From: Bacteroidales bacterium | GTDB taxonomy: Bacteria; Bacteroidota; Bacteroidia; Bacteroidales; JAADJA01 | Length of the DNA: 24,000 bases | Direction: 5' to 3' | Assembly: GCA_029934735.1 (NCBI GenBank) | Contig: JAOZLR010000001.1 | Coordinates: 4,718 to 28,717, forward strand | Shown: positions 8,992-20,722 of the stretch, in pieces | Layout of the letters: each line of letters starts with the position of its first letter | How positions within the stretch are numbered: position 1 is the stretch's first letter | The notes under the pieces: generated by a model | What the model was told of the DNA's origin: nothing | Database searches by the model: none | What the model saw: only the letters and a program-made list of their open reading frames with translations | Made by a program: the position numbers and the translations under genes

Positions 8992-9876
8992 TTATCTTGC
9001 TTTTAGCCCTTTCAATACTTTCACGGCCTGTCTTCTTCCATAATCTATCATCTCCTCAGACCGGTAGAATTCAAACATATCGCAGGAGTATCTGGAGATT
9101 GGGATAAGGATATCTGGCTTATGTCTTTCAATAGCAATTTCAGTAAGTCTCATCTGCATAGCATAAAGAGATCTATTCATTAAGTCAAAATACCCGGCAT
9201 GTTTCTCCTTTTCTGCGTTAAAGAATTTTGACCAATGCTTATTGATATGACCAAAGGCTTTCTTGTAATTATTCTCTTCTTTTTCGGTGGGCCTGTATTT
9301 TACTGATGGCCTGTAACGAATGTCCGCATTCAGATCAACAGCAACAAGAATGTCACCTTCTGAGCGTTTAACAAACTCAATAGGCATAGGATTAAGAACA
9401 CCACCATCAACAAGATATGAGTTTTTATATTTTGTTGGAGTAATGACTGTTGGGATTGCAACTGAGGCTCTTATTGCATCTGTAAGACTGCCAGATGTAA
9501 AAATGACTTCCTTGTGGTTATTAATATCTACGGCAATTGCAGCAAAAGGAAGCTTTAAATCTTCTATTTTTACATCTCCAATAATTCTCCCTATTTCTTT
9601 AAAGATTTTTTCGCCCTTTATAAGTCCGCCTTTTGTAATAGCAAAGTCCATAAGCCTGATTATATCAAGCTTACTCAGACTTATTACCCAATTTTTATAC
9701 TCTTCCATTTTTCCGACGGCATAAACGCCACCAACAACAGATCCAATTGATGTTCCCGCAATAGAAGTTATGTTGTAACCTCTCTTTAAAAGTTCTTCAA
9801 TTACACCAATGTGAGCCATTCCACGTGCACCACCACCGGAAAGCACAAGAGCTACATTATTATTTTCTTTAGTCAT
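8992..9876 (-). CDS. patatin-like phospholipase family protein
   Basis: VALVLSGGGARGMAHIGVIEEL, GTSIGSVVGG (GXSXG), VDGGVLNPMP (DGG). Confidence 0.93.
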   Translation of the reverse strand: MTKENNNVALVLSGGGARGMAHIGVIEELLKRGYNITSIAGTSIGSVVGGVYAVGKMEEYKNWVISLSKLDIIRLMDFAITKGGLIKGEKIFKEIGRIIGDVKIEDLKLPFAAIAVDINNHKEVIFTSGSLTDAIRASVAIPTVITPTKYKNSYLVDGGVLNPMPIEFVKRSEGDILVAVDLNADIRYRPSVKYRPTEKEENNYKKAFGHINKHWSKFFNAEKEKHAGYFDLMNRSLYAMQMRLTEIAIERHKPDILIPISRYSCDMFEFYRSEEMIDYGRRQAVKVLKGLKAR

Positions 9877-9907
9877 TTTTATTAATATAATTTTCTGTTG
9901 CCATATC

Positions 9908-10001
9908 GCCGCGTGATCATTTCAGTTGTTTTTCTGCGTCGCTGCGTTGCCGCGTGATCATTTCAGTTATCTTTCTGCGTCGTTGCGTCGCCGCGTGATC
10001 A
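9908..10001. repeat. 41-bp tandem repeat, about 2.3 copies
   Basis: GCCGCGTGATCATTTCAGTTRTYTTTCTGCGTCGYTGCGTY starts at 9908, 9949 and 9990 (third partial). Confidence 0.92.
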
Positions 10002-10674
10002 AATTAGAAATCCCCAAAATACTCAACTCGCTATCAAACTCATCAGAATAAGAACAAACAGATAGTTTATAATCATCAGCTAATTGGTATTGCTTGAAAT
10101 TTACGTCCTGAGCGCTGTCAACATCACTAAATAGATGAAACTGTCCCTTGCTACCGGAAATGGTAAATGTGCTGAGTGGCTTAGTCAGACCCTTACCAAG
10201 AAGTTTCAGGTAGCTCTCTTTCATTGTCCATAAATCAAAGAAATACTTCAGTTTTTTATCTCCTGTTTTAGAAAACAACTCTCTCTTTTCTATTTCCGAG
10301 AAGAACCTTTCAGCGATTTCAAAATTTACAGGCTTAATTTTTTCAATATCAACACCCACTTCAAAATCATTACAAAATGCTGCTACGACCCATTCGCCAC
10401 TGTGTGAAATATTAAAGTAAACAGGATTTTTTTCAAGATATGGTTTACCCTTTTCGGATTTTATAAAATTGAAACTACCAATAGTGTTTTTGAGTTTGTC
10501 TGCGAGAATCCTCCTTGTCATCAACTCACCAAGCAATGATCGTTGCAGAACAATAACGATTCTATATCTAAGCATAGACTCCCTGAGTTCTCCTGGAAGA
10601 AGTGATAGAAGTTCATTTTTTACTTTCAGAAACTCCTGCTCCGATAATATTTTTATAGCGTAAACCTCAATCAT
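9967..10674 (-). CDS. 4'-phosphopantetheinyl transferase superfamily protein
   Basis: FNISHSGEWVVAAFCNDFEVGVDIEKI and FFDLWTMKESYLKLLGKGL are Sfp-type motifs. Confidence 0.9.
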   Translation of the reverse strand: MIEVYAIKILSEQEFLKVKNELLSLLPGELRESMLRYRIVIVLQRSLLGELMTRRILADKLKNTIGSFNFIKSEKGKPYLEKNPVYFNISHSGEWVVAAFCNDFEVGVDIEKIKPVNFEIAERFFSEIEKRELFSKTGDKKLKYFFDLWTMKESYLKLLGKGLTKPLSTFTISGSKGQFHLFSDVDSAQDVNFKQYQLADDYKLSVCSYSDEFDSELSILGISNLITRRRNDAER

Positions 10675-10707
10675 TGTTCATTTATAGAATTGATTTTGCA
10701 AAAGTAG

Positions 10708-12828
<2,121 letters not shown>

Positions 12829-12937
12829 GATATTGGGGCGTACTGTTGCGCCTCTGTACAAGAGAGTTAATAGTCCATAGTAAAACAAATTACTAATTTA
12901 ATTGTTAGTATTTATAATCAAATTTAAAGATATAGTT

Positions 12938-14008
12938 ATGAAATTTTTAAAAATAATAGGAATCATTCTGGTAGTACTTGTTGCTACCTTTTTTATAGTT
13001 GCTGCTTTTCTTCCAAAGCATTTTCATGTTGAACAGTCTGTTGTGATTGACAGGCCTGTCGAATACCCTTTTAATCAGGTTAACACATTGAATAACTGGC
13101 AAAAATGGTCACCCTTTTCACAGAATGATTCTACTATGGTCAATTCCTATACCGGCCCGGCAAGCGGGGTCGGGTCAATTATGTCGTGGAGTAGTAAGAA
13201 ACAGGGAACAGGCTCAATGAAAATTACCGAGAGCAACCCATTGAAAAGGATTGGTACAGAGTTAGACTTCGGGGAACAGGGCAAGAGTTTGTCATATTTT
13301 AATTTTGTTGAGAAAGATGGAAAGACAACCATTTTTTGGGGTATGGATACAGACCCAGGCTATCCGGTTGAAAGGGTTGTTTATGCTTTAATGAAAAGTA
13401 GTATGGAGGCAGTTTTTGATAAAGGGCTTCAAAATTTGAAATCAGTTAGCGAAAGCATTCCCATTGAATCGGGTAAACCGGAAATTTTGTCTTCTGTTGC
13501 ATTGCTAAAAAGCATTGATAGTGATGCAACGAGAGGTGATAAAATGCCTGCTCTTTATGCTTTAACGCTTAATGATGTTTTTGTTGCCGTTATTAAGGAT
13601 TCGTGCACATCTGATGAGATGGGAAAAGCGATGGAAAGGGATTACGGAAAATTGATGAGTTATATCTTTCAAAACCATAAGGATAGTTTTGGAAAACCGG
13701 CAACTTTGTGGTACAGTTATGATGAGGAGACAACCTTTGGAGTTTTTGAAGCAGCAATACCTGTAAGCCAGTCGTCTCAAGGCAAAGACAATATTATGAT
13801 TAAGAAAATGCAACCCAATAAAGTCATAGCAGGGATTCATTACGGACCATATGAGAATACGATGTATATGTATCAAGCCATTATGAAATATCTGAAAGAT
13901 AATAATCTTGAGGAAGCCGGCGGTCCCATTGAGATATATCTTAATGACCCCTCAACAGAGCCTAACCCTGAAAAATGGGAAACGGTTATTATGTTCCAGG
14001 TGAAATAA
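12938..14008 (+). CDS. SRPBCC domain plus GyrI-like/AraC effector-binding domain protein
   Basis: N-terminal TM segment, then EQSVVIDRPVEYPFNQVNTLNNWQKWSPF (polyketide cyclase/SRPBCC-like) and MIKKMQPNKVIAGIHYGPYENTMYMYQAIMKYL...GPIEIYLNDP (GyrI-like). Confidence 0.82.
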   Translation: MKFLKIIGIILVVLVATFFIVAAFLPKHFHVEQSVVIDRPVEYPFNQVNTLNNWQKWSPFSQNDSTMVNSYTGPASGVGSIMSWSSKKQGTGSMKITESNPLKRIGTELDFGEQGKSLSYFNFVEKDGKTTIFWGMDTDPGYPVERVVYALMKSSMEAVFDKGLQNLKSVSESIPIESGKPEILSSVALLKSIDSDATRGDKMPALYALTLNDVFVAVIKDSCTSDEMGKAMERDYGKLMSYIFQNHKDSFGKPATLWYSYDEETTFGVFEAAIPVSQSSQGKDNIMIKKMQPNKVIAGIHYGPYENTMYMYQAIMKYLKDNNLEEAGGPIEIYLNDPSTEPNPEKWETVIMFQVK

Positions 14009-14148
14009 CAACCTGTGTATTTGCAAGCAACCGGTATGCTTTATTTCTTTCGGGATAGCCCGCTACCGGAAGCTGAGTTCAATGCCGAAACTTCGGTATT
14101 CAAATAAGTCATACCAACAAGATGCAGAGATACAGATTAAAATATGCC

Positions 14149-14162
14149 GAGCGTGGACACTC
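14149..14162 (-). repeat. Dispersed copy of the GAGCG-TCCA-CGCTC hairpin
   Basis: GAGCGTGGACACTC on +; the reverse complement GAGTGTCCACGCTC differs from the consensus at one position and keeps pairing as a G:U wobble. Confidence 0.75.
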
Positions 14163-14195
14163 TGCACACATAGTGGGGTGAAGTCTCAATTAGCA

Positions 14196-14615
14196 TTAGA
14201 CCTTTATTAACTTCACAAAACTCTCCGGGGTTAATACTCCAATTTCACTTTTCTTATAGTCTTTAACATTCCGGGTGATAATTACTTCGATTTCTCCGTA
14301 ATTTATTGCAGCAAAGTTTTGCAAAGCATCTTCAAAGTCTTTAAATTCTGAATTAAGTGCTCTTTCTATCACTAGCCTGTCCATTTGCAGAACATGTGTA
14401 ATTGTCAATAATTGCTTTAATTTATCAATAACTTTTTCATGTCTTGCAGTCCGACGTAATAAATAATAAATATTGCTAATTATTACCGGTGTAATAAACC
14501 CGTCTAATTGTTTTTGTTCACAGAGGCTTAAAATTATTGCTGAATTGTCTGAATATGGTTTTCTGTCGAAGAAAAAGTCAAGTATTACATCTGTGTCAAT
14601 CAATATTCTTTTCAT
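14196..14615 (-). CDS. PIN domain-containing (VapC-like) toxin
   Basis: MKRILIDTDVILDFFFDRKPY, then ERALNSEFKDFEDALQNFAAINYGEIEVIITRNVKDYKKSEIGVLTPESF; acidic PIN residues and TRNxxDY are present. Confidence 0.88.
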   Translation of the reverse strand: MKRILIDTDVILDFFFDRKPYSDNSAIILSLCEQKQLDGFITPVIISNIYYLLRRTARHEKVIDKLKQLLTITHVLQMDRLVIERALNSEFKDFEDALQNFAAINYGEIEVIITRNVKDYKKSEIGVLTPESFVKLIKV

Positions 14616-14860
14616 ACCTTGTATTTTTCAGAAAGTCCTTCTGATAATTCTTCTTTATAATTAAAATATTCAGGTGCTTTGAAACTTCCTCGTAATGAAT
14701 TTACAAGAGGTGAAATATCTTCAATAACCCTCTGCTCCGTTGTAATTGCTCTTAGATAGCTCTCAATTATATCTGATAAACTCCGTCCTTTATCTTTTGC
14801 ATAAGATTTTGCTTTCTCAATAATGGATTGTTCGATTGTCAGTGTTAATTTTGTATTCAT
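14612..14860 (-). CDS. DUF6364-like / ribbon-helix-helix antitoxin
   Basis: 82 aa, MNTKLTLTIEQSIIEKAKSYAKDKGRSLSDIIESYLRAI, overlapping the PIN ORF by 4 bp. Confidence 0.8.
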   Translation of the reverse strand: MNTKLTLTIEQSIIEKAKSYAKDKGRSLSDIIESYLRAITTEQRVIEDISPLVNSLRGSFKAPEYFNYKEELSEGLSEKYKV

Positions 14861-15357
14861 AAGTCAATATTTAATATTACACGTGCAAAGATAATAAATT
14901 TTATACGTCCGTGCAAATATATTTTGAAACTGGCAGTATTAACTGATCATTTAAGTGGTACTCTTAAGACTGAAATGGGTGGCAAGCATAGACCAAAATA
15001 ACCAAAACTCCTACTACACAAGACAGACTTTAGTAGAAAGCGTCACCCAAAGCCTTCTTTTTACTGATGTCAAATCAGATATGTTTTTATCCATAATAAA
15101 ACTGTTTATTAGAAAAAAACTAAGATTTAGTCTAATTGAATAAGGTCAGGGTTTGAATTCCTCAATATCTTGGCCCTTCGTCCCAAAAGTTTTTATACTC
15201 CTCGGCAAGGTCTTTATTTACCTCTGGAATAGCAAGGCTTTCGTGACAAACCGGACAGAAAAAATCAAATATTTTATAAGTTAATCTGAAATATTTTAAG
15301 TTTTAGTTTACTTTTGTGTATCGTTAATAAATAATATGTTGTAACCAAATAGTAGCT

Positions 15358-16539
15358 ATGATGTCTGCAATAAAAATATTCAAAAGAGGAATCAGCCTCT
15401 CCATTTTATTATTCGGATTTCTCTGTTCGGTGGGGCAGGTTAATGTTTATCACGTATCCGAATCAACCGACCTTAGCGGTAAGAAAGGGTTTTTTTATGC
15501 TCTTCCTCAAACAATTATTCGTGTTGATGTTACTGTTGTAAAGCACGAGCATCTGAAAGGTCCTTATGCTGAATATGCTGCAAAATATCTCGATCTTGAA
15601 GATGTTATAATGAATGATTATGATGAATATGAAATAACCGGCATTGAATTAAACACGATTGCCGTTCCTGATCCTTCTCAATATTATTTTGCCGAAGTTG
15701 ATCCAAAAGCAACTAAAGATGGTAAGGCTAAGCTCTTTTCGTTGACCGAATCCGGCCTTGCAATGGGACTGAATGGAACTATTGATGCCGAAGCACTGAA
15801 GGAGCTAACAGGTAAGAGTGCTGATTTTTCAGGAGCTTACAAAGACCTATTCAAATATTTCGCTGAGACTAACCTTTATGAGCAAACAGATACAATTATT
15901 AAAAAGGTTGTTGTTGACACCGCGGTTATTGAAAAAAAATATTTTGACCATAAATGGGTTGAAAAGTCAGACGAGCAGAAAGCAATTGAGGCTGCCAATA
16001 TGATTAGCAAGATCAGGGAGAACCGTTTTAACCTACTTACAGGCTATCAGGAAGTGGCTTACGATGCCGGAAGTATAACATATATGGATGAACAACTTAA
16101 GCAGATGGAATGGGATTATCTTACTTTGTTTACAGGCCTTTCGATAGACAAAACATATAAATATACCTTTACAGCCCTGCCTAAGGCTGATGCTGAAAGC
16201 ACGTTAGTACCCGTTTTTTCATTTTCGGAGCGCAATGGTGTTGCAGGTGTGAACGCTTCAGGTGGAGAAAAAGTGAATCTCAAAATCGAAAAAACAGGAG
16301 ATATCGGGCAATTATCAGACAAGGTTGCATCAATGAATCAGGATGGTATAGATGGACAGGGGTTTTATTACAGAATACCTGAGACTGCTATTGTAAGTCT
16401 AAAAGTGAATAAGGATATAAAAGTTCAGAAAATATGCGCCATCAGCCAGCTTGGTGTTGTTATTGCTTTACCGGCAAATGCCTCTGTTGTACAGTTTCAT
16501 CCTGAAACGGGTGGTATCAGGACTGTTATTTTGGAGTAG
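15358..16539 (+). CDS. DUF4831 family secreted/periplasmic protein
   Basis: Signal peptide, then FFYALPQTIIRVDVTVVKHEHLKGPYAEYAAKYLDLEDVI, typical of the family. Confidence 0.8.
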   Translation: MMSAIKIFKRGISLSILLFGFLCSVGQVNVYHVSESTDLSGKKGFFYALPQTIIRVDVTVVKHEHLKGPYAEYAAKYLDLEDVIMNDYDEYEITGIELNTIAVPDPSQYYFAEVDPKATKDGKAKLFSLTESGLAMGLNGTIDAEALKELTGKSADFSGAYKDLFKYFAETNLYEQTDTIIKKVVVDTAVIEKKYFDHKWVEKSDEQKAIEAANMISKIRENRFNLLTGYQEVAYDAGSITYMDEQLKQMEWDYLTLFTGLSIDKTYKYTFTALPKADAESTLVPVFSFSERNGVAGVNASGGEKVNLKIEKTGDIGQLSDKVASMNQDGIDGQGFYYRIPETAIVSLKVNKDIKVQKICAISQLGVVIALPANASVVQFHPETGGIRTVILE

Positions 16540-16680
16540 CAGGGTTTTTTCTCATATGAATGGACAGTCTGACAAACCCGCTAATGATTTATAGACAACG
16601 AGACAGCGTCTACGTTGTCATTTGTATTAGAAATATCTTGCTGTCAAACCCAATTACTTGATAAGTATAGATAGCTTTAT

Positions 16681-16720
16681 AACAAAAAAACCGAAGAGTT
16701 CATTCTTCGGTTTTTTTGTT
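16681..16720. terminator. Bidirectional intrinsic terminator
   Basis: AACAAAAAAACCGAAG - AGTTCATT - CTTCGGTTTTTTTGTT: perfect 16-bp arms and 8-nt loop between convergent genes. Confidence 0.92.
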
Positions 16721-16739
16721 GAACTATATAAATGACAAG

Positions 16740-18473
16740 TTATCTTATAAGTACAAGACTTACAGTTCTTGTATTTGCTCCTGATGTCAGGCGGCAATAA
16801 TAGACACCTTCTGCAAGGTCTGCATCAGCTGCAAATGTTACATTGTAACTGCCAGCCTGTTGCGATTCGTTTACAACTGTTTTTACCTCTTTACCATAAA
16901 TATCGAATATAGACAAGTTAACAATACCTGTTTTATTCAAACTGTATCTGATTGTAACCTTTTCTTTAAAGGGGTTAGGATAAGCACTAACCGAGACAAA
17001 ATCTGTTTTTTGTGGATTATCTCCTATGCCGGTAAGCTGTGGAGTAATTCTTCCGTAATAGACATCCTGCTCACCGTTTAGAGTGCTTGCCCAGGCGAGG
17101 TGTGCGCTGCTCTCGTCGGAAACCATATCGAAGTAGTCTCCCATTTTATTTTGGTTTGGCCATCCTTCATGTGGATCGAAAGCATCTGACAATCTTTCAT
17201 TTACAGACCATGTCTCTCCCTGATCTAGAGAATACGAATAATAAAGTGAAGACCAGTATATTCCAGGGTTATTATCGCGTGTATCAAGCCAGACTACGTC
17301 AATACGTCCGTTTGGTGCAACTGACATTGTGCCGAACCACTGGACATTACTTGTTCCGAAGTCATCATTAATCTTTATCGGAGCTGTCCAGAAACTTCCA
17401 CCATCAGTACTTTTAATAAACATCACATCTCCATCGTCAGAATTTGAGCTTCGTTTAACAGATGCACAAACGTAAACATTGCCGTGTCCGGGTCCACCTG
17501 ACTTGTCAACATCAATCCAAGCTTGTCCAAGCAATCCTGCAGGATTAACATCTGTCCATCCGGTAAGGTATCCATCAAGATTAATGGATACATAATTTTC
17601 CCATGTAGGTATGGTGCCTGAATTCATTGCATTAGTTGATTTGACGACAATCATATCACTATAACCACCTCCTCCAACTGTGTACAGATTTCCATCTGCA
17701 TCCACAGCAAGTGTTCCCCAATATGGAGAGCCGCTAATTTCGGTACAATCTTCATAACTCACACCCTCGTCAACAGAGCGAGTGAAAAATCCGGGATAGC
17801 AAATACTATATGATTGGTTCCAGTTTGCATAAATGTTTCCATCTCCTTCTCCTCCGGTTCCGTCGATCCTCATCCATTGCTTATCTCCACCTTGAGCAAA
17901 TGCAGTATCAACCCATTCAATACCACCAACTTCGGTTTTATATACATCGCACCAGTAGTTGCTATTGTCATCCTTTGTAAGGCTATTGTAATAAAATCTG
18001 CCTTCACTATCAACATCAAGAACCGGATCGGAACGGAAAACGCCAGGATCAATAACGCCTGGGAAAGTCCAGGTTTCCCCACCATCAAGTGTATATCCGT
18101 AACCTGCCTGACGAAAATTGCTGCTTACATTATCAAATTGTCTCCACCCGATTGCCATTCTGTTAAGATCCGCTGGATCAACTGCAATGGATGGTTCATT
18201 GCCCGCATCACCGAGAATATTTTCACCGGTTTCGTTTACATTGACCTGTGTCATAAAAAAGATGCTGTTTTCATAATGATATGCAGGAGAGGTTTCCCCT
18301 TTTGTATTCGGCATATATTTGTCATCAGGTGTCTCATTATGCATTAAATCTATTTTGTCTCTTGAGATTCCATTTTGGGCAAATGAGAGTGCAGGTGCTA
18401 GTATTAGAATGCCAAATAGTAAAACTATGCTACTCAGTCTGTTGTGATTTGTTTTTGTAAAAAACTTTTTCAT
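16740..18473 (-). CDS. T9SS type A sorting domain protein with sialidase/BNR-like repeats
   Basis: Signal peptide; YTLDGGETW, STDGGSFW and YSLDQGETWS Asp-box-like motifs; C-terminal SAYPNPFKEKVTIRYSL...YDIYGKEV-type sorting domain ending VSLVLIR. Confidence 0.87.
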   Translation of the reverse strand: MKKFFTKTNHNRLSSIVLLFGILILAPALSFAQNGISRDKIDLMHNETPDDKYMPNTKGETSPAYHYENSIFFMTQVNVNETGENILGDAGNEPSIAVDPADLNRMAIGWRQFDNVSSNFRQAGYGYTLDGGETWTFPGVIDPGVFRSDPVLDVDSEGRFYYNSLTKDDNSNYWCDVYKTEVGGIEWVDTAFAQGGDKQWMRIDGTGGEGDGNIYANWNQSYSICYPGFFTRSVDEGVSYEDCTEISGSPYWGTLAVDADGNLYTVGGGGYSDMIVVKSTNAMNSGTIPTWENYVSINLDGYLTGWTDVNPAGLLGQAWIDVDKSGGPGHGNVYVCASVKRSSNSDDGDVMFIKSTDGGSFWTAPIKINDDFGTSNVQWFGTMSVAPNGRIDVVWLDTRDNNPGIYWSSLYYSYSLDQGETWSVNERLSDAFDPHEGWPNQNKMGDYFDMVSDESSAHLAWASTLNGEQDVYYGRITPQLTGIGDNPQKTDFVSVSAYPNPFKEKVTIRYSLNKTGIVNLSIFDIYGKEVKTVVNESQQAGSYNVTFAADADLAEGVYYCRLTSGANTRTVSLVLIR

Positions 18474-18605
18474 AATTATTTTTCTTTTAAAACATTAAAG
18501 TATATGTGATTTATATATTGGACAAATGTATGTGTTTTTTGGTTGTATGCAGTCGAAATATTGTTTATGTTATGTCAGAAGTAATTATATACCCAAGTTT
18601 CGTTA

Positions 18606-19412
18606 TTATAGTACTTTTCTGATCTTAACAAGTTTTCCCAGAAGATCTTCCAGAAGATTAAGTGGCAACATATTGGCGCCGTCGGAAAGGGCGTTTGCAG
18701 TGTCGGGGTGTGTTTCTATGAAAAGTCCGTCAATACCAACTGCTATTCCAGCTTTAGCGATGATTTCAATAAGCTCTGGTTGGCCTCCAGTTACTCCTGC
18801 TGCCTGGTTTGGTCTTTGAAGTGAGTGGGTGCAGTCCAGAATGACCGGAACATTCAATGATTGCATTGCCGGTATTCCTCTATAATCAACAACGAGATCC
18901 TGATACCCAAATGTAGTACCTCTTTCTGTAAGCATAATCTTGTTATTACCTGAGTCCAGAACCTTCTGAACGGCATACTTCATAGCCTCTGGCGATAAAA
19001 ACTGCCCCTTTTTGATATTTACAACCTTACCGGTCTTTGCTGCTGCTACCAACAAATCTGTCTGCCGGCAAAGGAAAGCTGGAATTTGTAATACATCAAC
19101 AAATTCGGCAGCAAGTCTTGCCTCTTCAGGACTATGTACATCAGTAAGAATGGGAATATTGAGCTCGTCTCTGACCTTTTTAATTACCTCAAGTCCTTTC
19201 AGGTCACCTATTCCGGTAAAAGAATCCAGCCGTGAACGGTTTGCCTTATTGTATGAGGCTTTAAAAATGTAGGGAATTTGCAGCTTGTCGGTTATAGCCA
19301 TTATTTTTCGGGCTATCTCAAGAGGCATAGTCTCATTTTCCACAACACACGGACCGGCAATTAGAAAAAAGTTACCGGAATCTTTATATCTTAATAATGG
19401 AATGTCAAACAT
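18606..19412 (-). CDS. kdsA: 3-deoxy-8-phosphooctulonate synthase
   Basis: FLIAGPCVVE, FKASYNKANRSR, TDVHSPEEA, LCRQTDLL, NIKKGQFLSP, LTERGTTFGY, DCTHSLQRPN. Confidence 0.96.
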   Translation of the reverse strand: MFDIPLLRYKDSGNFFLIAGPCVVENETMPLEIARKIMAITDKLQIPYIFKASYNKANRSRLDSFTGIGDLKGLEVIKKVRDELNIPILTDVHSPEEARLAAEFVDVLQIPAFLCRQTDLLVAAAKTGKVVNIKKGQFLSPEAMKYAVQKVLDSGNNKIMLTERGTTFGYQDLVVDYRGIPAMQSLNVPVILDCTHSLQRPNQAAGVTGGQPELIEIIAKAGIAVGIDGLFIETHPDTANALSDGANMLPLNLLEDLLGKLVKIRKVL

Positions 19413-19483
19413 AATGTTTTATTTTATTGAGCACAAATATACATATTTCAAAAAAACACCTGTATATATTAATAAGAGTGGGC

Positions 19484-19501
19484 AAGCGTCCACGCTTGCA
19501 T
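19484..19501. repeat. Perfect hairpin GCAAGCG-TCCA-CGCTTGC, variant of the dispersed repeat
   Basis: 7-bp perfect arms around the same TCCA loop as the 8877-8956 cluster, with both arms changed together. Confidence 0.85.
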
Positions 19502-19543
19502 GAAAAAACTGAAAGAACAAAAATATACATTTATAATCTGATA

Positions 19544-20134
19544 TTACTCAACAAACTCAAATGCTTCCACAAGGGTTTTTAGCGAACATATCCGTTTTTC
19601 CCAATCCCCTGATTTGTAAACAAGTGTTTGCAGAAGATATATCTCATTTACATCCGGCTTTTTAATGTAAACCACATTGCTGACAATGAACACATCATCT
19701 TCTTTCATCTCAAAGGCGAGCCAGTAGCTTTTTTGATCGTTAACTTCTATTATACCCGTTTCAAGAAGATTGAATACTGCGGACTTCTTCATTGATTTGA
19801 TTTCATTTCTGAAATATGTTTCAAGTGAATCGGTTGTTTTATAGCCCGAAACCGAAAGAGACATCAGCTTTGAATTATCATTGTCAATATCCAGGGCATT
19901 AGTGCCGAATATTCCATAAATAGTATCGGAATAGACCTCCTGAATATCCCAGCTATATGGCATTGTAATCATAAATTTATTCCCCGGATCTCCAATGGTT
20001 ATCAGGTCGCCAAAATCAGAATCGTCACTGCAATTATTATAACTTTCAGATACCGGAATACCCTCAAATGTTTTTCTTGAATGGCATCCAGAAACTGTTA
20101 TGACAATAATTGTAAAAAATAAGAGTCTCTTCAT
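19544..20134 (-). CDS. hypothetical lipoprotein
   Basis: 196 aa; MKRLLFFTIIVITVSGCHSRK signal peptide with lipobox. Confidence 0.7.
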   Translation of the reverse strand: MKRLLFFTIIVITVSGCHSRKTFEGIPVSESYNNCSDDSDFGDLITIGDPGNKFMITMPYSWDIQEVYSDTIYGIFGTNALDIDNDNSKLMSLSVSGYKTTDSLETYFRNEIKSMKKSAVFNLLETGIIEVNDQKSYWLAFEMKEDDVFIVSNVVYIKKPDVNEIYLLQTLVYKSGDWEKRICSLKTLVEAFEFVE

Positions 20135-20299
20135 TTAACGATATATTTCTGCAAAGGTACATTTCTGAGTTTGTTTTTTCCATATTGTTTGAAATAAAAA
20201 TTTTATAGAAACAAATAAGCAAATAACTTCCTTTTGAAAATATGCGTTGTTGATGAGTTTTATTATTTTTGCTGATATTTTAGAATGTTTATCTGAATT

Positions 20300-20722
20300 A
20301 TGTCTGACGTACATGACAAAATAACTAGGAGTTATAATATGTCAATGATAAAGGGTAAAGATACAAAACCTGAAATTATTGTAAGGAAATTTTTGTTTCA
20401 GAATGGATTCAGATACAGAATCAATTTTACAAAATTGCCAGGAAAACCTGACATTGTCTTGCCAAAGTACAAAACCGTTATTTTTATTAACGGGTGTTTT
20501 TGGCATGGACATAAAAATTGCAACTATTTTGTAGTTCCAAAAACCAGAACAAAATGGTGGATAGAAAAAATAAACAAAACCAAAGAACGTGATGTTTTGA
20601 TAATGAATGAATTGAAAAAACTCGGATGGAGAATATTTGTTATATGGGAATGTGAATTAAAAAGGGTAAAAAGAGATAAAATTTTTGAAAAATTATTACT
20701 ATTTTTGAAAAAATTAAACTGA
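20300..20722 (+). CDS. vsr: very short patch repair (Vsr)-like endonuclease
   Basis: SYNMSMIKGKDTKPEIIVRKFLFQNGFRYRINFTKLPGKPDIVLPKYKTVIFINGCFWHGHKNCNYFVVPKTRTKWWIEKI is near full-family consensus. Confidence 0.95.
   Translation: MSDVHDKITRSYNMSMIKGKDTKPEIIVRKFLFQNGFRYRINFTKLPGKPDIVLPKYKTVIFINGCFWHGHKNCNYFVVPKTRTKWWIEKINKTKERDVLIMNELKKLGWRIFVIWECELKRVKRDKIFEKLLLFLKKLN

Noticed and set aside
14955-15143. 62-aa plus-strand ORF
   Set aside because: No domain, no plausible context, and composition does not look coding.
17814-18347. 177-aa plus-strand ORF
   Set aside because: Entirely antisense to the T9SS/BNR-like protein; low-complexity composition typical of shadow ORFs.
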